DNA of 64,000 bases. Source: Patiria miniata (taxonomy: Eukaryota). Location of the stretch: positions 22,669,286-22,733,285 of the forward strand of contig NW_024037076.1 in the NCBI RefSeq assembly GCF_015706575.1, read 5' to 3'. Numbering within the stretch: the stretch's first letter is position 1; each line of letters starts with the position of its first letter. Below the pieces are notes generated by a model. The model ran no database searches and was not told the DNA's origin. It saw only the letters and a list, made by a program, of their open reading frames with translations. Positions 31,991 through 43,500 of this stretch are shown piece by piece. The translations under genes were made by a program, and so were the position numbers.

Positions 31991-33140
31991 GGTGAGTCCT
32001 CGTTACTCACTATCTCATGTTATGGAGTAGGTGATATCAGAAAGCTAGCTTACTTTGTATCATCTATCGATGCTGACTATGTACCAGGCAAGGTGAGTCC
32101 TCGTTTCTCACTATCTCATGTTATGGAGCAGGTGATAACAGAAAGCTAGCTTACTTTGTATCATCAATCGATGCTGACTATGCACCAGGCAAGGTGTGAT
32201 AACAGAAAGCTAGCTTACTTTGTATCATCAATCGATGCTGACTATGCACCAGGCAAGGTGTGATAACAGAAAGCTAGCTTACTTTGTATCATCAATCGAT
32301 GCTGACTATGCACCAGGCAAGGTGAGTCCCCGTTACTCACTATCTCATGTTATGGAGCAGGTGATATCAGAAAGCTAGCTTACTTTGACTCATCAATCGA
32401 TGCTGACTATGCACCAGGCAAGGTGAGTCCTCGTTACTCACTATCTCATGTTATGGAGCAGGTGATATCAGAAAGCTAGCTTACTTTGACTCATCTATCG
32501 ATGCTGACTATGCACCAGGCAAGGTGAGTCCTCGTTACTCACTATCTCATGTTATGGAGCAGGTGATATCAGAAAGCTAGCTTACTTTGACTCATCAATC
32601 GATGCTGACTATGCACCAGGCAAGGTGAGTCCTCGTTACTCACTATCTCATGTTATGGAGCAGGTGATATCAGAAAGCTAGCTTACTTTGTATCATCAAT
32701 CGATGCTGACTATGCACCAGGCAAGGTGAGTCCTCGTTACTCACTATCTCATGTTATGGAGCAGGTGATAGCTTACAAAGAAAGCTAGCTTACTTTGTAT
32801 CATCAATCGATGCTGACTATGCACCAGGCAAGGTGAGTCCTCGTTACTCACTATCTCATGTTATGGAGCAGGTGATATCAGAAAGCTAGCTTACTTTGTA
32901 TCATCTATCGATGCTGACTATGCACCAGGCAAGGTGAGTCCCCGTTACTCACTATCTCATGTTATGGAGCAGGTGATATCAGAAAGCTAGCTTACTTTGA
33001 ATCATCAATCGATGCTGACTATGCACCAGGCAAGGTGAGTCCTCGTTACTCACTATCTCATGTTATGGAACAGGTGATATCAGAAAGCTAGCTTTCTTTG
33101 ACTCATCAATCGATGCTGACTATGCACCAGGCAAGGTGAG
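31991..33140 (+). repeat. Tandem array (about 12 units of ~100-104 bp) copying the 3' 63 nt of MVP exon 14 plus ~36 nt of the downstream intron
   Basis: Unit GTGAGTCCTCGTTACTCACTATCTCATGTTATGGAGCAGGTGATATCAGAAAGCTAGCTTACTTTG[A/T][A/C]TCATC[A/T]ATCGATGCTGACTATGCACCAGGCAAG. Two shortened units at ~32180-32310 lack the intronic part. A further diverged unit follows a hairpin insertion at ~33718-33815. Confidence 0.85.
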
Positions 33141-33544
33141 TCCTCATTACTCATTATAACACCACACCCACAGATTCTGTGTCTTGATTGGCCGAGAGCG
33201 ATTCACATGTTACTTTCTAATTTTGCTATCTTTCTATGCACGGCCAAAAGTACTATGCGCATAGCAACTAAAGTACTATACCATTAGCAACCAAAGTACT
33301 ATTTCCATGGCGCGGTACTTGTGTGCAAATGCATGCTGGTGTGCGCGTTGCACGTTGTGCGTAGCGCGTATTATTCCAAAGAGAGCGCGCCGCAGACTTG
33401 GGTTCAAACATTTCGTGAAGGGTTAGTTTTTAAAGAGAGAAATACATTTTCCACCAATTTTGTATTGAAATTGAAGTTTATTTCAACTGTGTTCAATAAT
33501 GTAAAATATTAAAATCAAGCAGAATCTGTGGGTGAAGTGTTATA

Positions 33545-33716
33545 AAACAAATATTGAATGCTTTATCTCGTGGTGAAGTAAAACTAGCCTCCCTCGGTGA
33601 TCCATGGACCATTCTATTTTCCCTCGGCTTCGCCTCGGGGAAAATAGAATGGTCCATGGATCACCTCGGGAGGCTAGTTTTACTACACCACTCGAAGCAT
33701 TCAATATTTGTATACT
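33545..33716. mobile_element. Hairpin MITE inserted after the exon-14 tandem array
   Basis: ~75-bp palindromic arms (GAAGTGTTATAAAACAAATATTGAATGCTT...GTAAAACTAGCCTCCC) enclose a CTCGGCTTCGCCTCG loop. Confidence 0.6.
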
Positions 33717-33896
33717 ATCTCATGTTATGGAGCAGGTGATATCAGAAAGCTAGCTTACTTTGAATCACCTTTGGAAGCTGACTAAGTGACTTTGCACCAG
33801 GCAAAGTGAGTCCCACCTTATTCTGTTCATACTATCAGCTGCAACTATTACTATAACCAAACACAGTCATTATTTCTGCTCTTTGTTCAATTTTAG

Positions 33897-33953
33897 ATCC
33901 GAGATAAAACCAGAGTGGTGAGATACCGTTGCCCTGGAAACACAGCTGTGCAG
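33897..33953 (+). CDS. MVP: MVP exon 15
   Basis: Translates IRDKTRVVRYRCPGNTAVQ. Human MVP has PRNKTRVVSYRVPHNAAVQ. Confidence 0.85.
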
Positions 33954-34058
33954 GTAAATACATCAGATTTTTAGAATAATCTATAGAGTACCTCATCAGT
34001 TAATCATGGGAGATCCACTTGTTTCATTTTGTGTTTTTTCCCCCTCTGCTGATCCAAG

Positions 34059-34155
34059 GTTTACAAGTACCAGGAGAAGACAGCCCGGGTGGTGTTTGGC
34101 CCTGACATGGTCATCCTTGGACCTCAAGAGGATTTTAATGTCCTCAGCTTGAGTG
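34059..34155 (+). CDS. MVP: MVP exon 16
   Basis: Translates [32 protein letters not shown]. Confidence 0.85.
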
Positions 34156-34416
34156 GTAAGTCATTGTGGAGACAGAGAAAGTGTTCATGTCAGAAGAAAT
34201 GATGGCAAATTTCTGCTGTGGTTTTGCTGTCAAAATTATGTTTTCAAATACAATTCTTCCAGCAAAAAGATAATTAGCATGATTTGTCTTTGTTCCTAGA
34301 GGAACAGATAGTTTACGTAAATTGTACATGAATACTAAACCATTCAAATGGATATTTCCAGATTGCTATATTTTGTCATGAGTGACTGCTTATACTTTAT
34401 TTATTTTGTTGCCCAG

Positions 34417-34496
34417 CTGGTAAACCTAAGGTAGAGAATGCTCTGCAGACCATCTGCCTCATGTTGGGACCTGATTACATCACTGACATCCTAGAG
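34417..34496 (+). CDS. MVP: MVP exon 17
   Basis: Translates AGKPKVENALQTICLMLGPDYITDILE. Confidence 0.85.
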
Positions 34497-34773
34497 GTAC
34501 ACTGATATCATTGGAATTAATATGCCAATCATATCATTTCGTTCATCTTAAAATATGCTGGTTCTATCAAATCCATTGTTTTATAAGTGCTGTAAAACGT
34601 TAATTGTTTTACTTTGAAGTATAGTCTGATGGTGTTCATTATTAGAGCAAATTTATATTGTGGAATATCATGTCTAGTGTGAGCTTTCCGAGATTTAGAG
34701 TTTTACAAAAACATTTTTCTGTTGTCACCCTTTGTTTAGAAACTTTCAATTTTTTTTTCAAATTTGATTTTAG

Positions 34774-34833
34774 GTTGAGACATCGGACCATGCAAGACTG
34801 AGGGTTCGGATTGCTTTCAACAACTACTTTGAG
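34774..34833 (+). CDS. MVP: MVP exon 18
   Basis: Translates VETSDHARLRVRIAFNNYFE. Human MVP has ETADHARLQLQLAYNWHFE. Confidence 0.85.
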
Positions 34834-35162
34834 GTCAGTATTGTTTACATTTGAAAGCAATTTCAACCTATTTTGCACTTCTACTTTCCATTTTTATCCT
34901 TTTTAATGGAATTTCTTCAATCCAATTGCATCACTGAGATGAAACAAATCCAAAGACTGAAGTATTTAAGCTGTCTGTGCAAGTGCCACATAATAACTGA
35001 ACATTAACTTCACTCCCTGCCATTTTTTTTTTTTAAAGATGAACCTACTGAGAAATCATTCACATGGTGTTACCCCAAACCTCCCATTAAACAAACACAA
35101 AACATTCTTTACTCCTGACCTCTAATGATAAACATTTTATTTTGTATTATTTCCTGATTTAG

Positions 35163-35241
35163 TTTGAAGGTGGCAATGAACAATCAGAGAAATCCATCTT
35201 TTCTGTTCCTGATTTCATTGGATTTGCTTGCCGGCAAGTAG
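35163..35241 (+). CDS. MVP: MVP exon 19
   Basis: Translates FEGGNEQSEKSIFSVPDFIGFACRQV. Confidence 0.8.
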
Positions 35242-35554
35242 GTAGGTTTGAAAGGAAACTCCCTTAATGGTTATCTTCCCTGCAATGCTGCATGCTTTCT
35301 CCTCATTATTTGCAATTGCTTAATTAAAAATTCTTAATTTAAATGGTTTAACAGGTGAAAAGCTACCCCCCCCCCCTCCTGCCAAAAAAGAAGTATTTTT
35401 GCTTAATTAATTTAAAAGAAAGAAATATACAAGATACAGATAATATTTCATTTGTTGAACAATCCTGATCTTTATTTGCCATTCACTATATTTTGCTTGT
35501 TGTACTGATAGTGAATTACTGTAATGAAGTCAACTGATGTTTGTTGTGTTTTAG

Positions 35555-35697
35555 GTAGTCGCATTCGTGGAGCAGTTTCCAGAGTTCGTTTTGATGAGTT
35601 TCATCGTCATTCTAACAAACTTCTACAAGGTGCTGTCTTCGGCTTTGATGCTGATGGAAATATCAAAAACAGACTGAAATTCAAAGCTAACAAACTG
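35555..35697 (+). CDS. MVP: MVP exon 20
   Basis: Translates GSRIRGAVSRVRFDEFHRHSNKLLQGAVFGFDADGNIKNRLKFKANKL. Confidence 0.85.
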
Positions 35698-35784
35698 GTA
35701 AAGTTGCTGTTTCTTGTGTCATATTGGTCATGACAAATTTAACAGTAACCTATTGATTTGTTTTGCCTTTCTTTTTAAAGATTA

Positions 35785-36345
35785 AAGGGGCCATGGGATG
35801 GATTTTTCTGAGGAGCACATTTTGTGCAACTTTGTAATCCTCGTAAATGTATCACAACTATTTGTTATTCCCTTTTTGGTAAATTTTATTGAAAAGTGCT
35901 CTTCTTTAAACATTTAAAATTGTCCATGCTTTCCCGGACAACTGAGGACACTGTTGCTGTGATATCAGATAGACACTATTCAGTTTAGGAGTTTTCTGTT
36001 CAAATTGTGAACACAAAAGTTGCTCAATGAAGCCATTTGTGAGGAAGGGTTGCTTATTGGCTCACTGTCATGTACTGACATAACAACGAAAGAACAGAAC
36101 ATTTACAGCAAAATATCAAATATTCTAGCAACTTTTTGTTCTGAAATAGCTGTAACATTGAGGTTTCTGCCCGGAATGACATCAAAGATTTGCTCATGAA
36201 TATGAAAATTGCAATAGCATTAAAACCAAAAAGGCACCAAAATAACCCTTCCAACTTGCGAAACAAAAATTGAAAAAGGTTAAATGGGACACAGAGATGC
36301 AATTGAAAGGAGAGCGTTAAAAAATTACATTGAGTGGCTCTTTAA
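35785..36345 (+). repeat. Interspersed ~560-bp repeat, copy B (in MVP intron 20)
   Basis: About 75% identical to 21395-21960 in the same orientation. Confidence 0.55.
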
Positions 36346-36856
36346 GTGTTTGTTTACAAACTGAATACTGAATATTCATTTGACAGGTGTGTTTTGGGAG
36401 AGACGGCTCTGTTGAGCCAATTCAAGTTTCAACGCTTTGTCTCCAGTTATTTGTCAACAATTAACTCGGTCCAAACATGTACCTTCATAGTGCATTTACG
36501 GATCACCAACAGTCGTAAAAGCTTTGCTGTACGTTATTACTTCAAGTTGATATACAAGGTGTCTTTAAATAAAGTATATCCATTTTTAAATGTAATCAGA
36601 AATGTACTGAATTTTTGAGAAAGACGCAACTACTGGGAGAAAGGCCAGGATGTCATCTATCCAATGATAGTAATTTCATTACGACATGGATGAATGAGCA
36701 AACAAGGCCTCTATGGTATGCGCTATTTTGAGACAACTTCTTGTCCAGTTCACCTGTTTTTTTTGCCAATTGATTTGAAACAATTAATAAAATAGCAAAC
36801 CCAAGTCATTACCACTGCCAGTGGAGTTACATTTCATTGTTATATTCTCACTGTAG

Positions 36857-36957
36857 GTGATAAGCAACGTTGACATTCAAGGCATAGAACCTGTGGATCT
36901 CACCATGAGAGACAGTTTGATCAAATCTGTGCAGATGGCTATTGAAATATCAACCAA
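36857..36957 (+). CDS. MVP: MVP exon 21
   Basis: Translates [33 protein letters not shown]. Human MVP has [33 protein letters not shown]. Confidence 0.85.
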
Positions 36958-37426
36958 GTAAGTATTAATTTGTAACGTGTTAAAAATCCATCATATTAAA
37001 TGCTTGCATTTTTTTCTTCATTGGAACTGTTGTCTTTGTATTGCAATATTACTCTGGGGTGCTCATTGCCTTTTTCACCTATGCATTTGTTACACATGAT
37101 TGGATTTGTTCCACATGTGCTCCTTTTCAGTTTTAGAGTCTGTTTGTTCAACTTTGTGAGAATTAGACAACACATTATGATTTTTAACAGGTGAAAAATT
37201 GCAGCATGTATTCTGATGCAAAAATATCGCTAGTTCTTAATCTTGATAAAAGGAGTCACTATACGTTATGAGTCTACAGCAATATCAGCTTTACAGTCAT
37301 TCTGGGTTAGTTTTAGGGCATATAGTCTGATCATCTTACGTCACATGTTCACCTGTTTTGGTTCAAGTGTTTCTGCGATATTCTTGTTTATCTGTTTATC
37401 ATTTCAATACATTATTTCAATCGCAG

Positions 37427-37607
37427 GTCAATTGAGAGAGCTGCAGCCCATGACGCTGCCAGGAAGGAACAAGAATCTCGAGGTTTAATAGATCGACAGA
37501 AACTCCTGAATGAGAAAGAAGCAGAACAGCAGAGAGCCAAGCTGTTTGAGTTACAGGCAGAAGCTGCGGCGATTGAGTCAACAGGGCAAGCTAAAGCTGA
37601 AGCACAG
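37427..37607 (+). CDS. MVP: MVP exon 22 (coiled-coil region)
   Basis: Translates KSIERAAAHDAARKEQESRGLIDRQKLLNEKEAEQQRAKLFELQAEAAAIESTGQAKAEAQ. Confidence 0.85.
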
Positions 37608-37713
37608 GTAGGAGGAGAGATTTGAACTAAGAGTGCTTCTGCTAACTCACTCTTTATTATAAGCGTGTAATTCTGAAATTTGAACACTCATGAGTCCATT
37701 CTCTCACTCACAG

Positions 37714-37905
37714 GCCCGTGCTGAATCTCTCCTCATTGAATGTCACAGCGCTATTGACTCAGCTCGACTCAAAGCCCAAGCTGACGAGGTCATTCATGAA
37801 TCGGAGCTGCAGTCTCGGAATCTACTTCGTATGTCAGAACTTGGCTACAAACGGCGACTGAATGAGACAGAGATTAATAAAGCCGATGAACTCTGTGGTA
37901 TCGAG
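37714..37905 (+). CDS. MVP: MVP exon 23
   Basis: Translates ARAESLLIECHSAIDSARLKAQADEVIHESELQSRNLLRMSELGYKRRLNETEINKADELCGIE. Confidence 0.85.
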
Positions 37906-38105
37906 GTAAGATTATGGAGGAGTTTCATTTATGCATCCCTTTATTTTCCTCGTAATCTGCTCAGTGTTATTCCTTTTGTTGTTCCATTGTTTCATGTGTT
38001 TAATGTAAGGATTCATAGACCAGTTTTATACATTGTGCCAATTTATAAATCTTTTTCCAGAGAACTATAGAGACAGTTTCATATCCCATGTTTCCAAACT
38101 CTCAG

Positions 38106-38186
38106 GCATCTCGGTTTGACGCCATGGTGAAGGCTCTAGGAGCAAGTACCATCGCAGCTATCGCAAGCGCTGGACCCAAACTTCAG
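38106..38186 (+). CDS. MVP: MVP exon 24
   Basis: Translates ASRFDAMVKALGASTIAAIASAGPKLQ. Human MVP has [27 protein letters not shown]. A longer in-frame alternative acceptor at ~38061 was rejected. Confidence 0.75.
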
Positions 38187-38499
38187 GTCAGTCATTTTAT
38201 CTCTGTCAGACATCAATATTCAAGCAACTATCACTTGTTTCAGACTGGTGTTCTCAAATCAAATCTGATGTTTGCACATTCACCATTGTACACTAGTAAA
38301 CAAAAACATCGAGTGTGACAATCTCGGTTTGACTCAAGAGTCAAGTCAATAACCATAGAGTTATATTAACTTGCTGGAGCGCTAACTCCCTGCACAAAGT
38401 GAAGCCTGCTGGGTGCATCCGTGTTTGAGCACAAACCTATGGAAAACTTGACATTTAGTACGGCTTTAGTACAGCTATTTGCATATCTGTGTGTGTATT

Positions 38500-38800
38500 C
38501 TATACTGATGCGTTATGGAAGCCGATACACCTTTTTTTTACTGAAAAATTCCAAGGGTTTAACGTTGAATTTTCCTTCGAAATTGCAAGGGGTTAACCTT
38601 ATATATGTTTTTTTTTATTTCAAATTGAAACCGGTGAATCTTATTTTTTTTTATCAAAAGCTGCAAGGGGTTAACCTTACATTTTTCATTAAAATATACA
38701 AGGTGTTAACCTCGTCTTTTTTACTAAAAAATTCCAAGTGGTAAGCTTGTGTGCTTTATTACAAATTGCAAGGGGTTAATCTTACACTGCTTTTATATCA
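38500..38800 (-). repeat. Inverted partial copies of the 54-bp satellite inside the last MVP intron
   Basis: Several CAAGGGGTTAACCTTACATTTTT units appear here. This is the reverse complement of the satellite core AAAATGTAAGGTTAACCCCTTG. Confidence 0.7.
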
Positions 38801-39244
38801 AATTCCAATTCCAAACACACAATCAGTAAAGGAGGGTTTCATTTTGCTCTACACAAACAACGCAAATGCAAACATGTGCGTCATACTCAAAGAAACACCC
38901 TTACATTGTTTGCGTATGTTGTACTTGCGCATCACATTTACAGTATATTCCAAATTCATTCCTTCTGATTTCATTATGCTCTACAAACACGCACGTGAAT
39001 TCAAAATGCCTGTGCTCAGGACAGCTTCAAAGTATCTCCGCGGGGAATGAGGAGTTAGCGCTCTAGTAATTTAATATAGATCTCTGTCAATAACCCAAAA
39101 TCCTTTTAGGGCAACTATTTAGGGTTGCTGCAAATAATTGTCGTGCTTTGATGTGACTTGGGAACACCATGCTGAGATTCATCATTGCTCCAAAGAATGT
39201 CCTGTACTCTAAATTGGCAAGTTGTATCTTTACCCCATTTGTAG

Positions 39245-39358
39245 GCGGAGCTTCTGGAGAGTCTTGGGATTGAGTCAACACTCATCATGAGCGGTGATAA
39301 TCCTATCAACCTGTTTAAGACGGCTAAAGGAATGGTTCCAAGTGCAGGGAACCTGTGA
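39245..39358 (+). CDS. MVP: MVP last coding exon
   Basis: Translates AELLESLGIESTLIMSGDNPINLFKTAKGMVPSAGNL, ending at TGA 39356-39358. Human MVP has [32 protein letters not shown]. Confidence 0.85.
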   Translation, partial: AELLESLGIESTLIMSGDNPINLFKTAKGMVPSAGNL

Positions 39359-40555
39359 AAATATTAGCAAATCCTGATAATAAACTAATGTGCATATATT
39401 CATCAGCTGACTTCTTTTCAAATGATTTTCCCAATGAGTAACACAAAATATCATACCTCATAGGTAAGGTATTTGCATACTATCTTTTATGAACTGATTG
39501 TGTGAAAATAAGACTTTTCACTGAAATTTATGAATGGCAGAGAATGTGGGATGTACATTGCTTGTCGTGCTGCATTCTTCTTGTTTTTTGTTTCAAGTTA
39601 TTTTTGGCCAACAGATTTTCTTTTTTGTCACATATAGCTTAAAAGTTGTTTTCTTTTTATTGTCTGCCAGTTGAAATCAGATAAGCAGACAGTGGAAGCC
39701 ATGTTGAGATAATTGGAGCATTTCACAATTTTCCTGGATTAAATTTTGCTTTAGTTTTTGCAACAAAATTTCACAAAAATAACTGCCAGTTCAGGTACCT
39801 AAAATTACTCCTGAACCATTGTGATATTGTGCCTTAGTGGATATATGTGTGTGTATCATTGAAAGTTGATCTGTACAGGTCATGACTGATTTCCAAGTAA
39901 CGAGTATGAATAATGTAACCAGTTAACCAAGTACTAAAAGCAATATTCATATCTACACAGGTCAAGTTAAATTGCAAGGAGAACAATACCTAGAAAGTTG
40001 AATAGTCAGTGAAAGATTTTGTTTTCTAGAAATAATGCAATACACTGGATGGAATCATGAATGTCTTTGTCAATTTTAATTGATAGGTATTTCATACTTG
40101 AGAGATTTATTTGTAAAGTTACATGTATTTAGATTTTGTCTCATAGATATTTTTTCTATATAACAGAATAATGATGTGTCTTTGAAAATTACAACAAAGG
40201 ATGATGATTTAAAAGAAAGGAGAATGTTTTTCCTAATCCGACTTTACTTATTAAAAGAATGTAACGTCTTGAATAAGCCGAGATTATGTAAACATGCATT
40301 GTTGTTTTATTTGAAAGAGGTTGACCCTGGGTTAACCTTACATTTTAACAATTTAAACATTTTAACAATTTAAACATTTTAACAAGTATTTTCTTATTTC
40401 CAATTACAAGCTGTTACGGCTGATTTTTATAACAAATTTAAGGGGTTAAAGCTATAGTCCATCATTTGCAGCCATCCGAAAAGTAACTGCCGTAATTAAT
40501 GTTGAAAAACATACTTGGTTGAAAGATAGTAAGTGGACTAAACTCCCTGTGAAAT

Positions 40556-43500
40556 TATTCTTTCTGGCAAGCTGTCATTTTGCAATTTTTGATGAAAAAT
40601 GCCGAAAAATGTAGGGTTAACCCCTTGCAATTTTTGATGAAAAATGCCATTTTTGATGCAAAATGTAAGGTTAACCCCTTGCAATTTTTGATGAAAAATG
40701 CCGAAAAATGTAAGGTTAACCCCTTGCAATTTTTGATGAAAAATGCCATTTTTGATGCAAAATGTAAGGTTAACCAATTGTTATTTTTGATGAAAAATGC
40801 CATTTTTGATGAAAAATGTAAGGTTAACCCCTTGCAATTTTTGATGAAAAATGTCGAAAAATGTAGGGTTAACCCCTTGTTATTTTCGATGAAAAATGCC
40901 GTTTTTGATGAAAAATGTAAGGTTAACCCCTTGTTATTTTTGATGAAAAATGCCGTTTTTGATGAAAAATGTAAAGTTTACCCCTTGCAATTTTTGATGA
41001 AAAATGCCATTTTTGATGAAAAATGTAAGGTTAACCCCTTGCAATTTTTGATGAAAAATGCCATTTTTGATGAAAAATGTAAGGTTAACCCCTTGCAATT
41101 TTTGATGAAAAATGTAAGGTTAACCCCTTGCAATTTTTGATGAAAAATGTAAGGTTAACCCCTTGTTATTTTCGATGAAAAATGCCATTTTTGATGAAAA
41201 ATGTAAGGCTAACCCCTTGCAAATTTTGATGAAAAATGCCGGTTTTTTTCCATGAAAATTGCCGTTTTTGATGCAAAATGTAAGGTTAACCCCTTGCAAT
41301 TTTTGATGAAAAATGCCGAAAAATGTAAGGTTAACCCCTTGTTATTTTTGATGAAAAATGCCATTTTTGATGAAAAATGTAAGGTTAACCCCTCGCAATT
41401 TTTGATGAAAAATGCCGAAAAATGTAAGGTTAACCCCTTGTTATTTTCGATGAAAAATGCCGTTTTTGATGCAAAATGTAAGGTTAACCCCTTGTTATTT
41501 TTGATGAAAAATGCCATTTTTGATGAAAAATGTAAGGTTAACCCCTTGCAATTTTTGATGAAAAATGCCGTTTTTGATGAAAAATGTAAGGTTAACCCCT
41601 TGCAATTTTTGATGAAAAATGCCATTTTTGATGAAAAATGTAAGGTTAACCCCTTGCATTTTTTGATGAAAAATGCCATTTTTGATGCAAAATGTAAGGT
41701 TAACCCCTTGCAATTTTTGATGAAAAATGTCGAAAAAAGTAAGGTTAACCCCTTGTTATTTTCGATGAAAAATGCCGTTTTTGATGAAAAATGTAAGGTT
41801 AACCCCTTGCAATTTTTGATGAAAAATGCCATTTTTGATGAAAAATGTAAGGTTAACCACTTGTTATTTTCGATAAAAAATGCCGTTTTTGATGACAAAT
41901 GTAAGGTTAACCCCTTGCAATTTTTGATGAAAAATGCCGAAAAATGTAAGGTTAACCCCTTGCAATTTTTGATGAAAAATGCCAATTTTGATGAAAAATG
42001 TTGAAAAATGTAAGGCTAACCCCTTGCAAATTTTGATGAAAAATGCCGTTTTTTTCCATGAAAATTGCCGTTTTTGATGAAAAATGTAAGGTTAACCCCT
42101 TGCATTTTTTGATGAACAATGCCATTTTTGATGCAAAATGTAAGGTTAACCCCTTGCAATTTTTGATGAAAAATGCCGAAAAATGTGAGGTTAACCCCTT
42201 GCAATTTTTGATGAAAAATGCCATTTTTGATGCAAAATGTAAGGTTAACCCCTTGTTATTTTTGATGAAAAATGCCAGTTTTGATGAAAAATGTAAGGTT
42301 AACCCCTTGCAATTTTTGATGAAAAATGCCATTTTTGATGAAAAATGTAAGGTTAACCCCTTGTTATTTTTGATGAAAAATGCCATTTTTGATGAAAAAT
42401 GTAAGGTTAACCCCTTGCAATTTTTGATGAAAAATGTCGAAAAATGTAAGGTTAACCCCTTGTTATTTTCGATGAAAAATGCCGTTTTTGATGAAAAATG
42501 TAAGGTTAACCCCTTGCAATTTTTGATGAAAAATGCCATTTTTTATGCAAAATGTAAGGTTAACCCCTTGTTATTTTTGATGAAAAATGCCATTTTTGAT
42601 GAAAAATGTAAGGTTAACCCCTTGCAATTTTTGATGAAAAATGTCGAAAAATGTAAGATTAACCCCTTGTTATTTTTGATCAAAAATGTAAGGTTAACCC
42701 CTTGCAATTTTTGATGAAAAATGCCATTTTTGATGAAAAATGTAAGGTTAACCCCTTGTTATTTTCGATGAAAAATGCCATTTTTGATGAAAAATGTAAG
42801 GTTAACCCCTTGCAATTTTTGATGAAAAATGTCGAAAAATGTAAGGCTAACCTCTTGCAATTTTTGATGAAAAAAGCCATTTTTGATGAAAAATGTAAGG
42901 TTAACCCCTTGTTATTTTCGATGAAAAATGCCATTTTTGATGAAAAATGTAAGGCTAACCCCTTGCAATTTTTGATGAAAAATGCCATTTTTGATGAAAA
43001 ATGTAAGGTTAACCCCTTGCAATTTTTGATGAAAAATGCCATTTTTGATGAAAAATGTAAGGTTAACCCCTTGCAATTTTTGATGAAAAATGTCGAAAAA
43101 TGTAAGGTTAACCCCTTGTTATTTTTGATGAAAAATGCCGTTTTTGATGAAAAATGTAAGGTTAACCCCTTGCAATTTTTGATGAAAAATGCCATTTTTT
43201 ATGCAAAATGTAAGGTTAACCCCTTGTTATTTTTGATGAAAAATGCCATTTTTGATGAAAAATGTAAGGTTAACCCCTTGCAATTTTTGATGAAAAATGT
43301 CGAAAAATGTAAGATTAACCCCTTGTTATTTTTGATCAAAAATGTAAGGTTAACCCCTTGCAATTTTTGATGAAAAATGCCATTTTTGATGAAAAATGTA
43401 AGGTTAACCCCTTGCAATTTTTGATGAAAAAAGCCATTTTTGATGAAAAATGTAAGGTTAACCCCTTGCAATTTTTGATGAAAAATGTCGAAAAATGTAA

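Noticed and set aside
31990-33140. The ~100-bp direct repeats were briefly considered as a CRISPR-like array or as a cluster of alternative cassette exons.
   Set aside because: The context is eukaryotic and the unit is simply a copy of MVP exon 14 plus its donor. Unit lengths (100-104 nt) are not multiples of three, so the units cannot be in-frame cassette exons.
38041-38105. A longer version of MVP exon 24 using the upstream acceptor ttccag|AGAACT, which is in frame and would add RTIETVSYPMFPNSQ.
   Set aside because: MVP is highly conserved here (..ANVE|[12 protein letters not shown]), and the proximal acceptor ctcag|GCATCT reproduces that junction without an insertion. The extension is probably intronic.
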